In this document: one piece after another, positions 1-12,578 of the stretch | Layout: every line of letters starts with the position of its first letter | How positions within the stretch are numbered: position 1 is the stretch's first letter | NCBI GenBank assembly: GCA_951406725.2 | Contig: OX597816.1 | Span: 145,080,001-145,144,000, forward strand | Source of the DNA: Octopus vulgaris | Lineage: Eukaryota | Length of the DNA stretch: 64,000 nucleotides | Reading direction: 5' to 3' | Notes under the pieces: generated by a model | What the model saw: the letters and a program-made list of their open reading frames with translations, nothing else | What the model was told of the DNA's origin: nothing | Database searches by the model: none | Program-made: the position numbers and the translations under genes

Positions 1-1110
1 TAAATTTGAAATTGAAACAAACGGAAAGATAAAGATAAAAATTCACATTGTTTACGTAAATTTATTAAGCTATTCGGAACATATTAAATAAAATATATCT
101 GCACACATACACATATACAAATGCTTACACACATATATACCCCCACACACGTATGCATTATGAAGACGTGTGAGTGTGAGTAGATGTATGTATATTGATC
201 AAATATGCACTTAGCGCCATTCCTATGGTACGATATCTAGTACTTCATGAACAACAGCGAATGAAGCTGGGTTGAAGATGGAGAAAAAAATAGGCATAAA
301 AATATAAATACGGACCAAGAGAACGGATGAATAATTCAACAAAGTCTGACTTGACTCTTCGGCGAACTGCAGTGGGTATGAGCTACCTTATCCTAAACAA
401 ATATGTACAGTTTTTCAGTAGGACTAACCTCAGAAGGAATCGGACAAGAAAAGAAGAATTTCAATGCTTATTTAAGCGGTTGTATTGGGCGATTGTGAAA
501 TGGGAAAATTGTAACGTCAGGATGTTCTTCCAATAGAATTTACTGCCTTCATGTCACACTCGCTCATGACAATCTGTTTTAATTGGCAGTAAGAATATTA
601 ACGTCAACAGAGCTTCTGAGGGCTCTGTACCATAACATTACCAGTCGCACCACATGTTGCAGCTGTAGGGCTGGTAAAATAAATATTCCTCAGCACAGAA
701 CTAAAAGCTGACGATCAAGAGGTCTTTCCCATGTCCACAACAACTAGTACTACTATAATGCTATGAGCAAGACATGGAGTGCAAGAAGAGGTGCAAAAAT
801 ATCGAATTACAAATATAATTTAAAAAGCCATGCTACAAAAAGCAAGTAAAAGCAATTGGAATTTGTGAGGAATGATCACTTCTCCAGTACATGTTTTTCA
901 TTAGCTACACAAAAGGCAAATCGTTCTTTATAAAACTAACAAATCTCAAGCAAAATGGTAGAGACGAGATTAAATCATAAGCAAAAATAAAAAATGAAAA
1001 ACACCTGAAAAGCTGTATATTAGTGAGTAATGAAATTAACTAACCTACCCAGAGGCTATAGGATTCCGTATGTTGTACTGATCATCCGAAACGCTTATAT
1101 ACATAGTCTA

Positions 1111-2403
1111 CGAGGGGTGTTCAATAAGTAATGCCCGTGACCCACTTCCCATAGCTGTAAAGCAACGAAACATGGCACAGTTATTAGTCTTTTTCTACAT
1201 AGGAACCACCCAGAATTACGCATTTCTCTCATTGTTTGATGCAGCTCTGGAGACCGTTTTTGTAGAAGATCCCAGCTTGGTCTTCCAACCACAAGGTGAC
1301 TTCAGAAATCAAGGCTGCATCATCTGGGAAACGCATTCCTTTCAAAAACAACTTCATGGCTGGGAAGAGGTGAAAATTAGAGGGTGCAAGGTCAGGAGAG
1401 TAGGGGAGATTGACAAGGAGTTCATAGCCGCACGCCTGTGCTTCTGATCTGGCAACACGCGAGTTGTGGACCGGAGCGTTGTCCTGAAGGAGGAGGATGC
1501 CTTTGCTGATCTTGCCCCGCCTGTTGAATTTGATAGCTTCTCTTAATTTCCTCAAAAGTGAAGCATAATAGGCTCCTGTAATTGTGGTACCCATTGCCAG
1601 GGAGTCTGTCATCACTACTCGGTCCTAGTCCCAGAAGACTGTGAGCATGACCTTGCCAGCGGAGGGCTGCAGCCTTGCCTTCTTTGGAGGAGGTGAGTCA
1701 CGGTGCTTCCACTGCATTGACTGGGCTTTGGTCTCTGGATCATAGTGATGGATCCAGGTTTCATCCTGTGTAATCAGTCTTTTGAAAAATTTGACTCATC
1801 TTCTTGGCACCTCTCCAAATTCATCCTCGAGCACTCGACGCGTTCTTGCTTCTGGAAAAGTGTGAGCAACCTGGGAATCCATCTGGCAGACACCTTTTGC
1901 GTATGCAAATGGTCATGAATGATAGTTTCCACAGACCCGGTACTAATCTGGACCTCATGGGCTATTTAGCGAATAGTTATGCGTCGATCTTCCAAAATGG
2001 CAGCCTCAACTTGACGGACAGGTGCCTCATCAATAGCAGAAGTGGGGGGCAACCAGATCTGGGAGCTGTTTCCACAGAGTTCCGAGCGTGTTTGAATTCA
2101 CGATGCCAGTTTTTACAAGGTCAGATGATGGGGCATCATCACCACAAGTTACTTTCATTTCATCAGAAGTCTCCTGTGGTGTGCGTCCTTTCAAATACAA
2201 AAACCGGATCACTGCTCGGCACTCAACATGCTCCATTTCACACTTGACTCAGTTCAAACACCTGTAAATCATAAACCACAATCAGTTCAGAGCTGTAATT
2301 CGCCACTTAATCTATAGAGATATACATAATTGTACATGCAAAATTTCAGCTACATCAATCCACTGAAAGTGGGTCAAGGGCATTACTTATTGAACGTCCC
2401 TCG
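1111..2403 (-). mobile_element. Full-length decayed mariner (DD34D class, probably irritans-like) DNA transposon
   Basis: 37-bp TIRs with 3 mismatches (CGAGGGGTGTTCAATAAGTAATGCCCGTGACCCACTT at 1111; AAGTGGGTCAAGGGCATTACTTATTGAACGTCCCTCG ending 2403). TA on both flanks. Length 1293 bp. Confidence 0.95.
1172..2236 (-). pseudogene. Frameshifted mariner transposase
   Basis: ORF pieces MEHVECRAVIRFLYLKG... (2236-2030) and ...LLQDNAPVH...PYSPDLAPSNFHLF (1615-1229). There are 34 residues between the second D and the third catalytic position, which is N here. Confidence 0.92.
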
Positions 2404-2897
2404 TATATTATCTAATGCGGAAATTACTTGAACATGTTAGAGGTACTTATATAAATTTTTCTCTGCACCTATGGGATAAACAATTTCGATCGTACAGCTT
2501 TCCTTTTTGTAATGCTGTTTAGGATTTTGTATGATGCCGAGAGATGGAATTGAAACATCAGCGTTAACATTCATCTTCCTACGTGGAGTATGATCCTTGC
2601 GTGGAGACGTTTTGCTAAGGCGTATATACACACAATAAGCAGAAACATTGCTGTGGACACTCAATGTTGTATATGCATAAGTTATTTTATAGATTATTCG
2701 ATAGAAAGGTCAATGAAGCAAAGCTGAGAGATTAACGAAAACATTTCTCAACATATCTTCATCGAAAGAAGTGGTATTTAAATTTAAGAGCAAAATGACA
2801 GGGAGAGAAGACAAAAAGAATATCTATAGTATCAAAATTATTTAATCATGCTAATAAGTATAATTATAAATTATACGGAAAGAAACGAAGATGGACG

Positions 2898-2936
2898 AGA
2901 AAAAGTGTGACGTCATTTTGACGTCACACTTTTTCT
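2898..2936. repeat. Perfect 18-bp inverted repeat (3-nt loop) containing two TGACGTCA (CRE consensus) sites
   Basis: AGAAAAAGTGTGACGTCA-TTT-TGACGTCACACTTTTTCT read directly. Confidence 0.9.
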
Positions 2937-4169
2937 ACTTTCATCCTGACAACCAAAGGCATGACTGTGCCATTGGATTTTAACAAATCCAAATTAAATA
3001 TTCAACGGAAAAGACGAAAGTAGATAAAATTAAACAGCGAAATGAAGTTACATTTTGACTAAAGCTGATATACGTATAAAGCAAAAAAGTGTAATCAAAT
3101 ATAGATATATAATATTTCTCTAGCATGATAGATTGTTTACCAAGTGTCGTAAATAAATTGCTAGTAGAGGATAACTCTGAATAAAGACAAAATATTGTTT
3201 AATCATATTTGTGGCAAAATAATTTTAAAAATCAATATTGCTTATTAGCAACTGTTACTCAGACTTTTAGTTGATAGTGTCTCCTTTATTGAAGACATTA
3301 CGAAAATGTAGAAAATGAGAATTCGAATGTCTGATGACAAAAATGTTCCTTGCCGAAATTCTCATTCTCAATATTCTTCTCAAAATTTACGTTCATATAA
3401 TACTCGAATCACCCAGACAGTACGAAAATAAATACGACGGACTACTTGAAAAGTTTCTAAGTTTGTTGATCTAGATATGTTTTCTACTTCAGTTTGTGAA
3501 TCCAAACTTTAGAACGGTGCCAAATCCAAAGCTGCTTATGTCATAATCAAATGAGATAAAATGGCTGCTGTGTGAGATAGTATTGTTACTTACAGTTAAG
3601 AGTTTGTGTATGATCAATTGTTTCTAGGTATGTAACAGCGTAAAATCGATAATCATAGTGACTGATATAGCGTAATAGCATGCTTTTAATATTTGAAAAA
3701 GCACTATTGAAATAAAAGAGAATTGTTTACAGATAAAAATATCAGCGATAGGTAGCAGCATTGTTTACCATCACAATTGATCACCGCGAGGTTGAAATGG
3801 TAATTGTTTAGTGTTATGTCTCAGAGTAGAAATATCACACTAACTGTGATTGTTTACAACCGAAGAAATGACCAAGATCAGGATATCCAAAGACTAAACC
3901 TACTCCATCATGTTCCTGTGATCTGTTGATAATCAAGAAAAGAGGCAATGTAAATTACTGTAATATAAATTTAGGGAAAAATACTAATAAGGGTGCTAAC
4001 AGTCCCTTTGATATGTGAAATATCAATGATGAACTTTCAATGGCTTGTGCCTTAAAGTAATATACTTTGTCTTTGTTGGTTTCAGACGCTTCGGAAAGAA
4101 GTTTAGAGGCTATCAGTTAGGCATTGTTCACGAACTGTTATAACATTTAACTCCAGCAATCGTATGCGT

Positions 4170-4989
4170 CCTTCTACAATTTCCGTGGAAAAAAATCATT
4201 CACAACCACTTTCATATACGAAAGTTGTCTGACCGATGGATTCCCCGGATACTCACACCTTTTTGAGAAGCAGGAGCGAGTCAATTGTTCCCAGGCTCTT
4301 TTGGCAATATGCCAAAAAAAAACCCAAAAAAACAACGAGGTGGACTTTTCGACAGACTTATTACACAGCATGAAACGTGGGCCCCTCACTATGATCCTGA
4401 GACTAAAGTCCAGTTGAAGCATTGGAAGCATGATAATTCACCATCCCAAAGAAGGCTTGCGTCCAACCCTCAGCAGGCAAGATGATACTCACAGGCTTTT
4501 GGGACCAGCGTGGGGTAGTGATGATGGATTTTCTGGCGAAGAGCACCACAATTTGCGGGACGACATCAAAGTAGTGAGGCATAGCATGCTGACCAAAGGA
4601 ATCAGCCTCCACTAAGACAACGTCCAAGTTCATAATATGTATGATACTCAGATGAAAGCATACATCCTGAATCTATGAAATCCTTTCTCACCCCCCTTGC
4701 ACTCCCGACCTCACATCGTCTGACTTCCATCTCTTTCTAACCATAAAGTATTTTTTGAAAGGGAAGCAATTTTCGGATGATGATGAACTCATTTCTGAGG
4801 TAAACTCTTGGTTCTAGACGCAATCTACCGACTTCTACAGCTGAGGTCTTCACAGCCGCATAAAGAAATGAGAGAAGTGTGTCACCATTGATGATGGCTA
4901 TGTAGAGAAGGACTTATAATTATGCCAAGCTTCGTTTATCCCAATCCTTGGGAAGTAGATCGGGGAAAATATTTAATGAACATTCCTCG
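4170..4989 (+). mobile_element. 5'-truncated, older mariner copy related to the element at 1111-2403
   Basis: Peptide remnants RLITQHETWAPHYDPETK and a PDL..SDFHLF-like segment. The degenerate 3' TIR ends ...TGAACATTCCTCG followed by TA. Aligns by eye to the reverse complement of the 1111-2403 element. Confidence 0.85.
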
Positions 4990-5748
4990 TACTTGACTGG
5001 GAGAAATTTTATTGCTGAATTTGGAATTATTATTTATGGAGTATGTTGTCTTATACTCTTTCTTAGATTTTTGGTTAATAAACAATGTTTTGTATTTGTG
5101 AGTGCTTAATATGTATCAACATTCCTGTAACAACGATACAGAAGTCACACATTAAGTATCCATTCAGCGTGAGCACAGAATTTTTCTTCTGTTTCTCACT
5201 TGTTTTGAGCAAATAATAAGCCTAGCTATATGTGTGTGGCCTTAATGATATTCATTGGCGTTTGGAAGTTATATCGTAGGCATAGACAAACCGTTTGCTG
5301 AATTTTCATAAAGCTCCATACTTAAATCAGTATTTTCGCTTGGTGACCTTTTTGAACATTTATTTGTCTTCGTATTAGATTTATTTAGAAGTGAATATAG
5401 CACATTTGCACGCGATAAAGTTAAAGAACATTACTTTTGTTTACTCAAAGTACCATTTGTCTTGGAATTTGAAGATTTATTCCAATGGCTGAAAACTGAA
5501 TATCTGTGAATTTACATGAAAATGAAGAATGTATTGTATTCATATCAATTACCAAGATTAAAACCTTAGAATAATTTTCAATGAAAAAAAAAAAAAAATA
5601 ATGTACATTTTTCAGTTTTCGAAAGGTTATCTAAATATGTTATTTCTCATATTACATTCTGAACGACAAGAAAAACCACTTCAGATCAGTATTACTGCTA
5701 ACACATACAAACACACACACTCAATGACACACAAACACATACAAACAT

Positions 5749-5808
<60 letters not shown>

Positions 5809-5949
5809 CTCACAAACACACACACGTACACAAAGATACACACACGCATATATGTATATATGTATATATTCGATAGAATTTTCCGTCGAAGAAAATTCTG
5901 TTCAATTTTGATTTGTTTATTGTAATCAAACGTATGAGTTGTATATTAA

Positions 5950-6138
5950 CTCCCTCTGTTCATTGAATCGACATTGTCTGTACATATGCACAAGCATGCC
6001 TCATGTCAGAAGTTGAAATGATTGCAGAGTAACTCGAAATGAAGTATTTTGCTCTAGAACACAACACATCTTCCGGTCCGGAAATCGAACCCACGATCTA
6101 GCGATTGTGAGTGCAACACCCTAAAATAGGCTACGCGC

Positions 6139-6142
<4 letters not shown>
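5950..6142 (-). mobile_element. tRNA-derived SINE, family C (GTGGAGGCGCGTGGCTTAG-type head)
   Basis: The minus strand has a B-box-like GGTTCGATT followed by TTGTGTTCTAGAGCAAAATACTTCATTTC, shared with the copies at 33.5-34.0 kb and 45.8-46.1 kb. Confidence 0.75.
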
Positions 6143-6185
<43 letters not shown>

Positions 6186-6295
6186 TACACGCACACACAC
6201 ACACACATGCAAACAGGTACGCACACACACACACATGCAAACAGGTACGCACACACACACTTTTAAGTATCTAACTACCCCTCCTCTCTATCTAA

Positions 6296-6358
<63 letters not shown>

Positions 6359-6362
<4 letters not shown>

Positions 6363-6888
6363 ATACATTGGTAGTCTGAAGTAATAATCTCAAATGAGAG
6401 GAACTTACATATAGGTAAAAATGAATGTTCAGAGCAAAATATCAAGAATGATATTAAGCAAATATTTCGTTGATATCTCATAACCCCTATCTATCTATAT
6501 ATCAATCATGAAATAGCAAGAATTTCACTGTTGTTTCAAAATTTCATTCAAAGTTAGAGAGCTATTTCCATAGAAAACGTTAAACTATTTCCATAATCTA
6601 TAAAATTATGTACGTCATATATATATATATATCAATATATAAAATACATAATAGCACACGATTAATTAACCTGAATGAATTTGAATATTTCTGTGGTAAA
6701 TAAAATGGAAATATATGATGATGTTTGTTTTTAAACTGTAGAATATAGAAAGGGGTTATGAGATATCAACGAAATAGTTGCTTAATATCATTCTCGATAT
6801 TTTGCTCTGAACATTCATTTTAGATATTATACCTATATGTAAATTCTTCTCATTTGAGATTATTACTTCAGACTACCAATGTATGATA
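6359..6888. repeat. Long inverted repeat (arms about 135-145 bp, spacer about 250 bp)
   Basis: 6359-6494 (TATCATACATTGGTAGTCTGAAGTAATAATCTCAAATGAGA...) is the reverse complement of 6745-6888, with a few mismatches and one indel. It lies between (CTAT)n and (CCTA)n tracts. Confidence 0.92.
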
Positions 6889-7089
6889 AGTTACAAATTG
6901 AGGTCTTAGATTCGGTGGATTTATCTTCATAGTATTTAAGTACTAAAATCATTATATTAAGTTATATGTAAATACCTACCTACCTACCTACCTACCTACC
7001 TACCTACCTACCTACCTACCTACCTACCTACTTACTTACCTACCTACCTACCTAAATATGTACATACCTTTCAATACAGTATGTACATA

Positions 7090-7990
7090 ATTAGAAAAGT
7101 TTCCGCCAGAATTGGCCCAGGCCATGGCTAGCTTAATAGTACCATCTGGAAAATACATTACATGATGTTTCATATTACAATCATTCTTTGGGTTTCATAG
7201 CTCATTCAAGTAAAGAGTTATTGCTTGCAGAGATATATCCGGGTGTGGGTGGTTTATCTGGAATTTGCTGGAGATAGTCGTTCAGAAACCGTTTGAATAT
7301 TATGACGTCTTTTTCTTCTCTATGTGTCTTGGCATCATGTTAAAGAGAGCAGGGTCAGTTGAAGCAAAATAGTTCTATCTTAATCTTGTGATGTAACGCG
7401 AGCATGAATTTTGTAGAGGACAGATGGTACGGAGTCCTGAACTTGGGTGAAATTTAAAGTTGATGCTAATATCATACTTTCGCTTTTATATTACATATTT
7501 ACATTTCCTTGTCCGTTCTCAGGTTGATATAATCATCAACGAATATAATTTGAGACGGTTTTGCCGTTGTTCTCAAAATATAATTTGAACTCTGACAACG
7601 CTTTCTCTGATTTTTTTCAGGTGTAAATTTGCTTTGAACAAGTATTCAATTGGCCATTATTACATTATCGAGAATTAGTTAGTTTGATTTGGTTGATTAA
7701 AATATATTCTGCTTGCGTTAATCCTCTTAATTGGGCTACATAAAGTTATTCTATATTTAGTTGTTTTGCACAATACGTACCATTCTATATAAACAGGGGT
7801 GTAGATTAGTAGAAGAATCATTGCTAAAGACGATAGCCTGTGACTTGAAGCGATCGAAATACTTTCAAGCATGAAGAGATTTGAAAAGTGAGTGCAATGC
7901 AAAGTTGGCTGCACAAATGTCAGTGGAATTGAAGACATTCCCTTTGAGGTTACAGCCATCGTTACTGAGATTTGGAGGGAAGAGGATTCT
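7090..7990 (-). mobile_element. CR1/L2-group LINE 3' fragment, decayed
   Basis: Minus-strand remnants ...DPALFN...FKRFLNDYLQQIPDKPPTPGYISASNNSLLE (7200-7480) and a 3' tail at 7096-7149. The upstream part (7800-7990) is only weakly RT-like. Confidence 0.7.
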
Positions 7991-8279
7991 GTAAAACTGG
8001 AAGAGATGTTTTATGGCAACTAACAACAACTAGCTACAGTTTGAGAAGAAGGGTTGTTCGGTGCGTCAAGACATATGTTGCAGTCTGGACAATGGGCTTG
8101 CATGAGTTGTTTTACTAGTTAAAAACATTGCTGGACTTCGACGAGATTCTCCATGCTCTGTAAGCCATGCTTTTTGTCTGAGCGGCTCAAAGCATATATG
8201 AAGGAATGACTTGGGGAAATGGGATAATGAACTTATATTCACATAGACAGACACACACACGCACACACACACATGTATG

Positions 8280-8315
<36 letters not shown>

Positions 8316-8398
8316 GACATATGCATACAGGCGTGTTGTAAGTAGATTTGGTAGACGGAAAGTAAAAGAACCCAATCGCATATATATACATACATACA

Positions 8399-8443
<45 letters not shown>

Positions 8444-8573
8444 GCGTTCGTGTGTGTGTGTATGATAAAAATGTTCTCAGGTGATTTGCACACTATGTTA
8501 TCACTATTGTTATGTTTTCATTATTCTGTGTAACGTCCTTTCTTTTTTTTAATTCAGATTCTTTAGTCTTGGG

Positions 8574-9870
8574 GTAAACCACGCTAATATCTTTTGAATG
8601 AAAATAGCTCATCTAGACATTTCTATATTAAGCATGCATTGAGTATATATTTAATGCTATTATAACATTTAATTAAATAATGAATTGTTAAGACACATAA
8701 GCACCGATAACTTCAAAAACCTATTAGCCGCTGCTGCAGCTTTGAAGGTCGCCCATAAGACATCTTTCGACTTAAATTGGCGTCTATTGGCATAAATATC
8801 TTGTTTAATGATGGATCAAAGATTTCCGATAGGATTGAGATCCGGAGATGCTGGCGGCCACACCGTCAACCTCTCCCCTTGTATACCGTAAGATCCTAGT
8901 AATATTTGGGTGGTTCTAGCAGAGTAGGAGAGAGCGTTGTCACGCATGTATAAGATATTCCTTAGAAGTGACAGCGGTAGGTCATATAGCCAGGGATCCA
9001 TTACTTCCCACGTGAGATTGCATTAAGCGGCTGCGGTTATTTTAACTCCTTCGGCCACCCTGACTGGGCCACCCTGACTGGGCCAACAAATCTGTCCCCA
9101 ATGATACCGTCACACAACATGACTCCTTCACCTTGTTGTTGACGTCGTAAACGTTGGTGACGCTCATTTCCAAAATAGACCCAACCATTTGCCGAACCGT
9201 CAGGTCAGCCAACAGTCGCCCTGGTTTCGTCAGTGAACAGAACACTACTCGTGTCTAACGTCATGTACTTTGGGGCCCATTCAAAGTCCAAACTCCTGTG
9301 ATGGAGCATTAAAGGAGGCAGTTTCGGGGGTTCTCGCACAGAAGCCATGGTCTCGAGGAAGCGAGTTTTGGTGGTTTTAGGTACATGAGGAAGTCCGGAG
9401 GCCGTGAAAATGCCTTTGCTTGTTTTTGCAGGTTTCCCACGCAACTTGCAGCCAATATTCCTTAAATCTCTAGCTGTCACAGTCTTTGAGGTCCCACAAT
9501 CGGATCGTTTCTTCCTTCGCGAAGAGTCCTTCAGGTATCGTTTAACTGCGTCCACATGACAATCTAAATTCTCCGCAATGTCATGACGAGAGGTGCCTTT
9601 AACACTTTCCTTGTTGTTGACAGACTTTTCTTCATCGTTAAGGCCTTTTCCATGTCCCTTTCTTCTTGGAGAGGAGAGACTCTGTTAGCGTGTTTCACTC
9701 CAGAACTGAAGAATCTGAAATAAAAACGAAAGGACGTTACACAGAATAATGAAAACACAACAATGATGTTGCTATAATGTACAAACTACCTGGAAAAAGT
9801 TTTATCAAAAGCGATTCTCAGAAAACCGAGAAATCCTAAATTTCACTCCTAAGATATTAGCGTGGTTCTG
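8574..9870 (-). mobile_element. Tc1-like DD37E (TRT-type) transposon, decayed
   Basis: TIR core AACCACGCTAATATCTT at 8577 and its complement ending CTG|TA at 9870. Peptide remnants EWAPKYM..VLFTDETRAT, MRDNALSY and WPPASPDLNPIGNL, with 37 residues between the second D and the E position (G here). Confidence 0.9.
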
Positions 9871-9924
9871 TATATATACGTGTGTATGTGTGTGTGCGTG
9901 TGTGTATGTGAATATGTATGTGTA

Positions 9925-9959
<35 letters not shown>

Positions 9960-10760
9960 ACACACATCTAGTTTAAGCAAGGAAATAAAGTTGGAAAAAG
10001 CACAGAAATATATTTTAGAGAGTGTTTAATAATATATAACTGGTTTCGATGAATCCATCGAAGCAATATATATATATACAATTACATATACAATATATAT
10101 TATTTATTGGTTCATAATACTCAATTATATACACATTTTTAATCACGCCATATGCTGTCACATTCCATAACAGTAAATAAACTCTCAGAAGCAACCACTC
10201 TGTCAATCAGTTGCTGTCTTATTCGATGTGATAAATAATGAAATATATTCTTGCTCAATTATTTTTCCTTTCGTATAGGCGCCGTCTAAATTTCCAGAAG
10301 AGAAATTGTGAGAAGTTTTAATATTTTCCTTCATATCTGGTAATTGAACGAACGAAAGGATTATTTATTGCGAACTAATTACTATTCCGATGTATGTGAG
10401 TGCATGTTTGTGCATGTGTGTGTGTGAGTGTGTGTCTCTTTATGTGTGTGTTTGTGTGTGTGCATGCTTGGTTTGTACATATATAGGTCAGATATGCATG
10501 AAGGTATATGTGTCTTTTTGTCTGTGTCTGTTCTGCGGCGTCCCTTCATTTTATGAGAGCGTAGATCTCAACCATGTTTGAGTGCTTGCCAGAACAACAT
10601 GTTATTGTTACAGTTGATGTCCACTCGGAAATGGTAACCAGTCCTGCAGCAGTGGTACGTAAAGACGCTTTCTGAAGGTATTGATTGAACGGGTTGTGTT
10701 TTGTCGTCGAAGGCTCTTTTTGTTTTTAGCTACAAGCATCAACCTCCCTTCTTTGAAATA

Positions 10761-10815
10761 CCGCTTGCGCATCATACTGCTTGCGCATCATACTGCTTGC
10801 GCATCATACCGCTTG
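10761..10815. repeat. 16-bp minisatellite, about 3 copies (GCTTGCGCATCATACT)
   Basis: Direct reading. Confidence 0.85.
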
Positions 10816-11387
10816 GTTTTAGCCAGAAGGGTTCAAGTTCAGTAACATGATAGCTATCCTACAGGCTTCACATGCATTAGCTAGTCCGAACCAAATCTGC
10901 ATAGAGTAAACCTCACGGGATCCTTCTATACGACATTTAATGTGCGCGGTTCAGACAGAGTAACAGAAAGCAGAAGTTGAATTTTTGGGTGGGTTTCAGG
11001 ATCTCGTTGTTTGAAACTTGAATATTTTTACATACTGCCGTATTCCTAGCCACTAATATTTAAAGAATTCCTCATACATTTTTCAATCATTTAAGCGTAA
11101 GAAAAGTATATTTTTATTGTAAAATTAAAAAGTTTATGTTAATTGAAGGTGAATAAGTGTCTTACTGCCCACCCTCTTGAGGTCGTAGATATTTTGATGT
11201 AATTTTTTTTCTACTGAACCAAATCTCAAACTCTTTATGCTAAAGTGTAGCTGAGGAAGTGTCCTCTTTGAAACTGTTAACAGTTTGCAATTTATTTAAG
11301 AACTAAATTAGTGGTGAAGCTTGGAAGCTGCTGCGATTGACGAAATGGAGGACTTAGAATATATTCAACCACTATCGTGGTTGAATG

Positions 11388-11442
<55 letters not shown>

Positions 11443-11446
<4 letters not shown>

Positions 11447-12110
11447 ATAAAAATCACGTATATCATTTTTATCAAGTAGTCAGTATGCTATAACAATTAA
11501 TAATAATGTACATATGTATATAATTATACCAAAGGCGAATGGGCAAAAATGTTCTTTCTCCAGCATGCTTGAAGTGCTGACACCTCCAAAACCTACCAAA
11601 AACTCCAGCTAAAATATACACGTGGCTGAAATCGGGCTAGTGAGAGAAAATTAAAAAAACAGATCTCACGTTAATTGTGAATTGCTTCCAATTTCTGGAT
11701 TAAAGCAAAAATTAGCTTTTTTCCTTCGTCAACACAATACACAGATAGGGGAAATATAAGTCCAAATAACTGTTCATATCGTCCAAAGCAAGTTCACACG
11801 TCTACATATAAATATTAGAACGCATAGATCCAAGGGAGGTCAGTTTATAAATTCCCTTACGACAGCCAACTTGTATATCATAGGAATAATCAAGCTGTAA
11901 ATGCTCTTCCGGTCAGGAGTAAAAATAATTAAATTATTTATTAATTCGTAAAATAATATAAGGATAGCAATAATAAATCTCTGAACGAATCACGTTAATG
12001 ATTTTTATCAAGTAGCCAACATGCTATAAAAATTTATAGGCAATTAATAAATTAAATTAATAATGATGTACATATGTAAATAATTATATCAATGGAGATC
12101 GGGCGAATAT
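11443..12110. mobile_element. Unclassified element next to (TA)n, with diverged ~100-120 bp direct terminal repeats (Penelope pLTR- or retrozyme-like)
   Basis: 11452-11550 and 11988-12110 share AATCACGT..ATTTTTATCAAGTAG..ATGCTATAA..TGTACATATGTA.ATAATTATA. The element starts directly after a (TA)n tract. Confidence 0.55.
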
Positions 12111-12114
12111 ATAT

Positions 12115-12305
12115 CATCATTTAATGTTCGCTTTCCATGCTGGCATGGATTGGATAGCTTGACATTAATTTGGTCATCTGGGAGCTGTGCAGGGTCCAAT
12201 TGCCTGTTGTTTTCTACAGTTGGATGCCCTTCCTAACGCCAGCCACTCATAAAACTGTGCTGGGTGTTTTTTACGTACCTCCGACACGGACGTTTCTTAT
12301 GTAGC
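12115..12305 (-). mobile_element. RTE-type LINE 3' tail fragment
   Basis: The reverse complement matches 50250-50438 (GCGTTAGGAAGGGCATCCA..CCATGCCAGCATGGAAA..(GAT)n). Confidence 0.8.
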
Positions 12306-12321
12306 ATACACACACTCATAT

Positions 12322-12409
<88 letters not shown>

Positions 12410-12492
12410 GTATACTTATTAAGTATTCCTTTCTGCGTTTCTAAATATATACTTATATGTACAAATAATGTACACACATATATTTATGTGTA

Positions 12493-12578
<86 letters not shown>

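Noticed and set aside
1229-1615. SETMAR-like domesticated transposase (DD34N)
   Set aside because: The ORF is frameshifted, lies inside intact TIRs and has no SET domain. The D-to-N change is most simply neutral decay.
3314-3368. CTGATGA...GAAA hammerhead-like boxes within a short inverted repeat
   Set aside because: Stem II is not closed next to the core and stem I cannot form, so chance cannot be excluded.
10030-10065. Hammerhead 3' half on the minus strand (gatg..catc-GAAAC-cag-TTA), and a similar half at ~39870-39885
   Set aside because: There is no CTGANGA box in the required position. At most these are eroded remnants.
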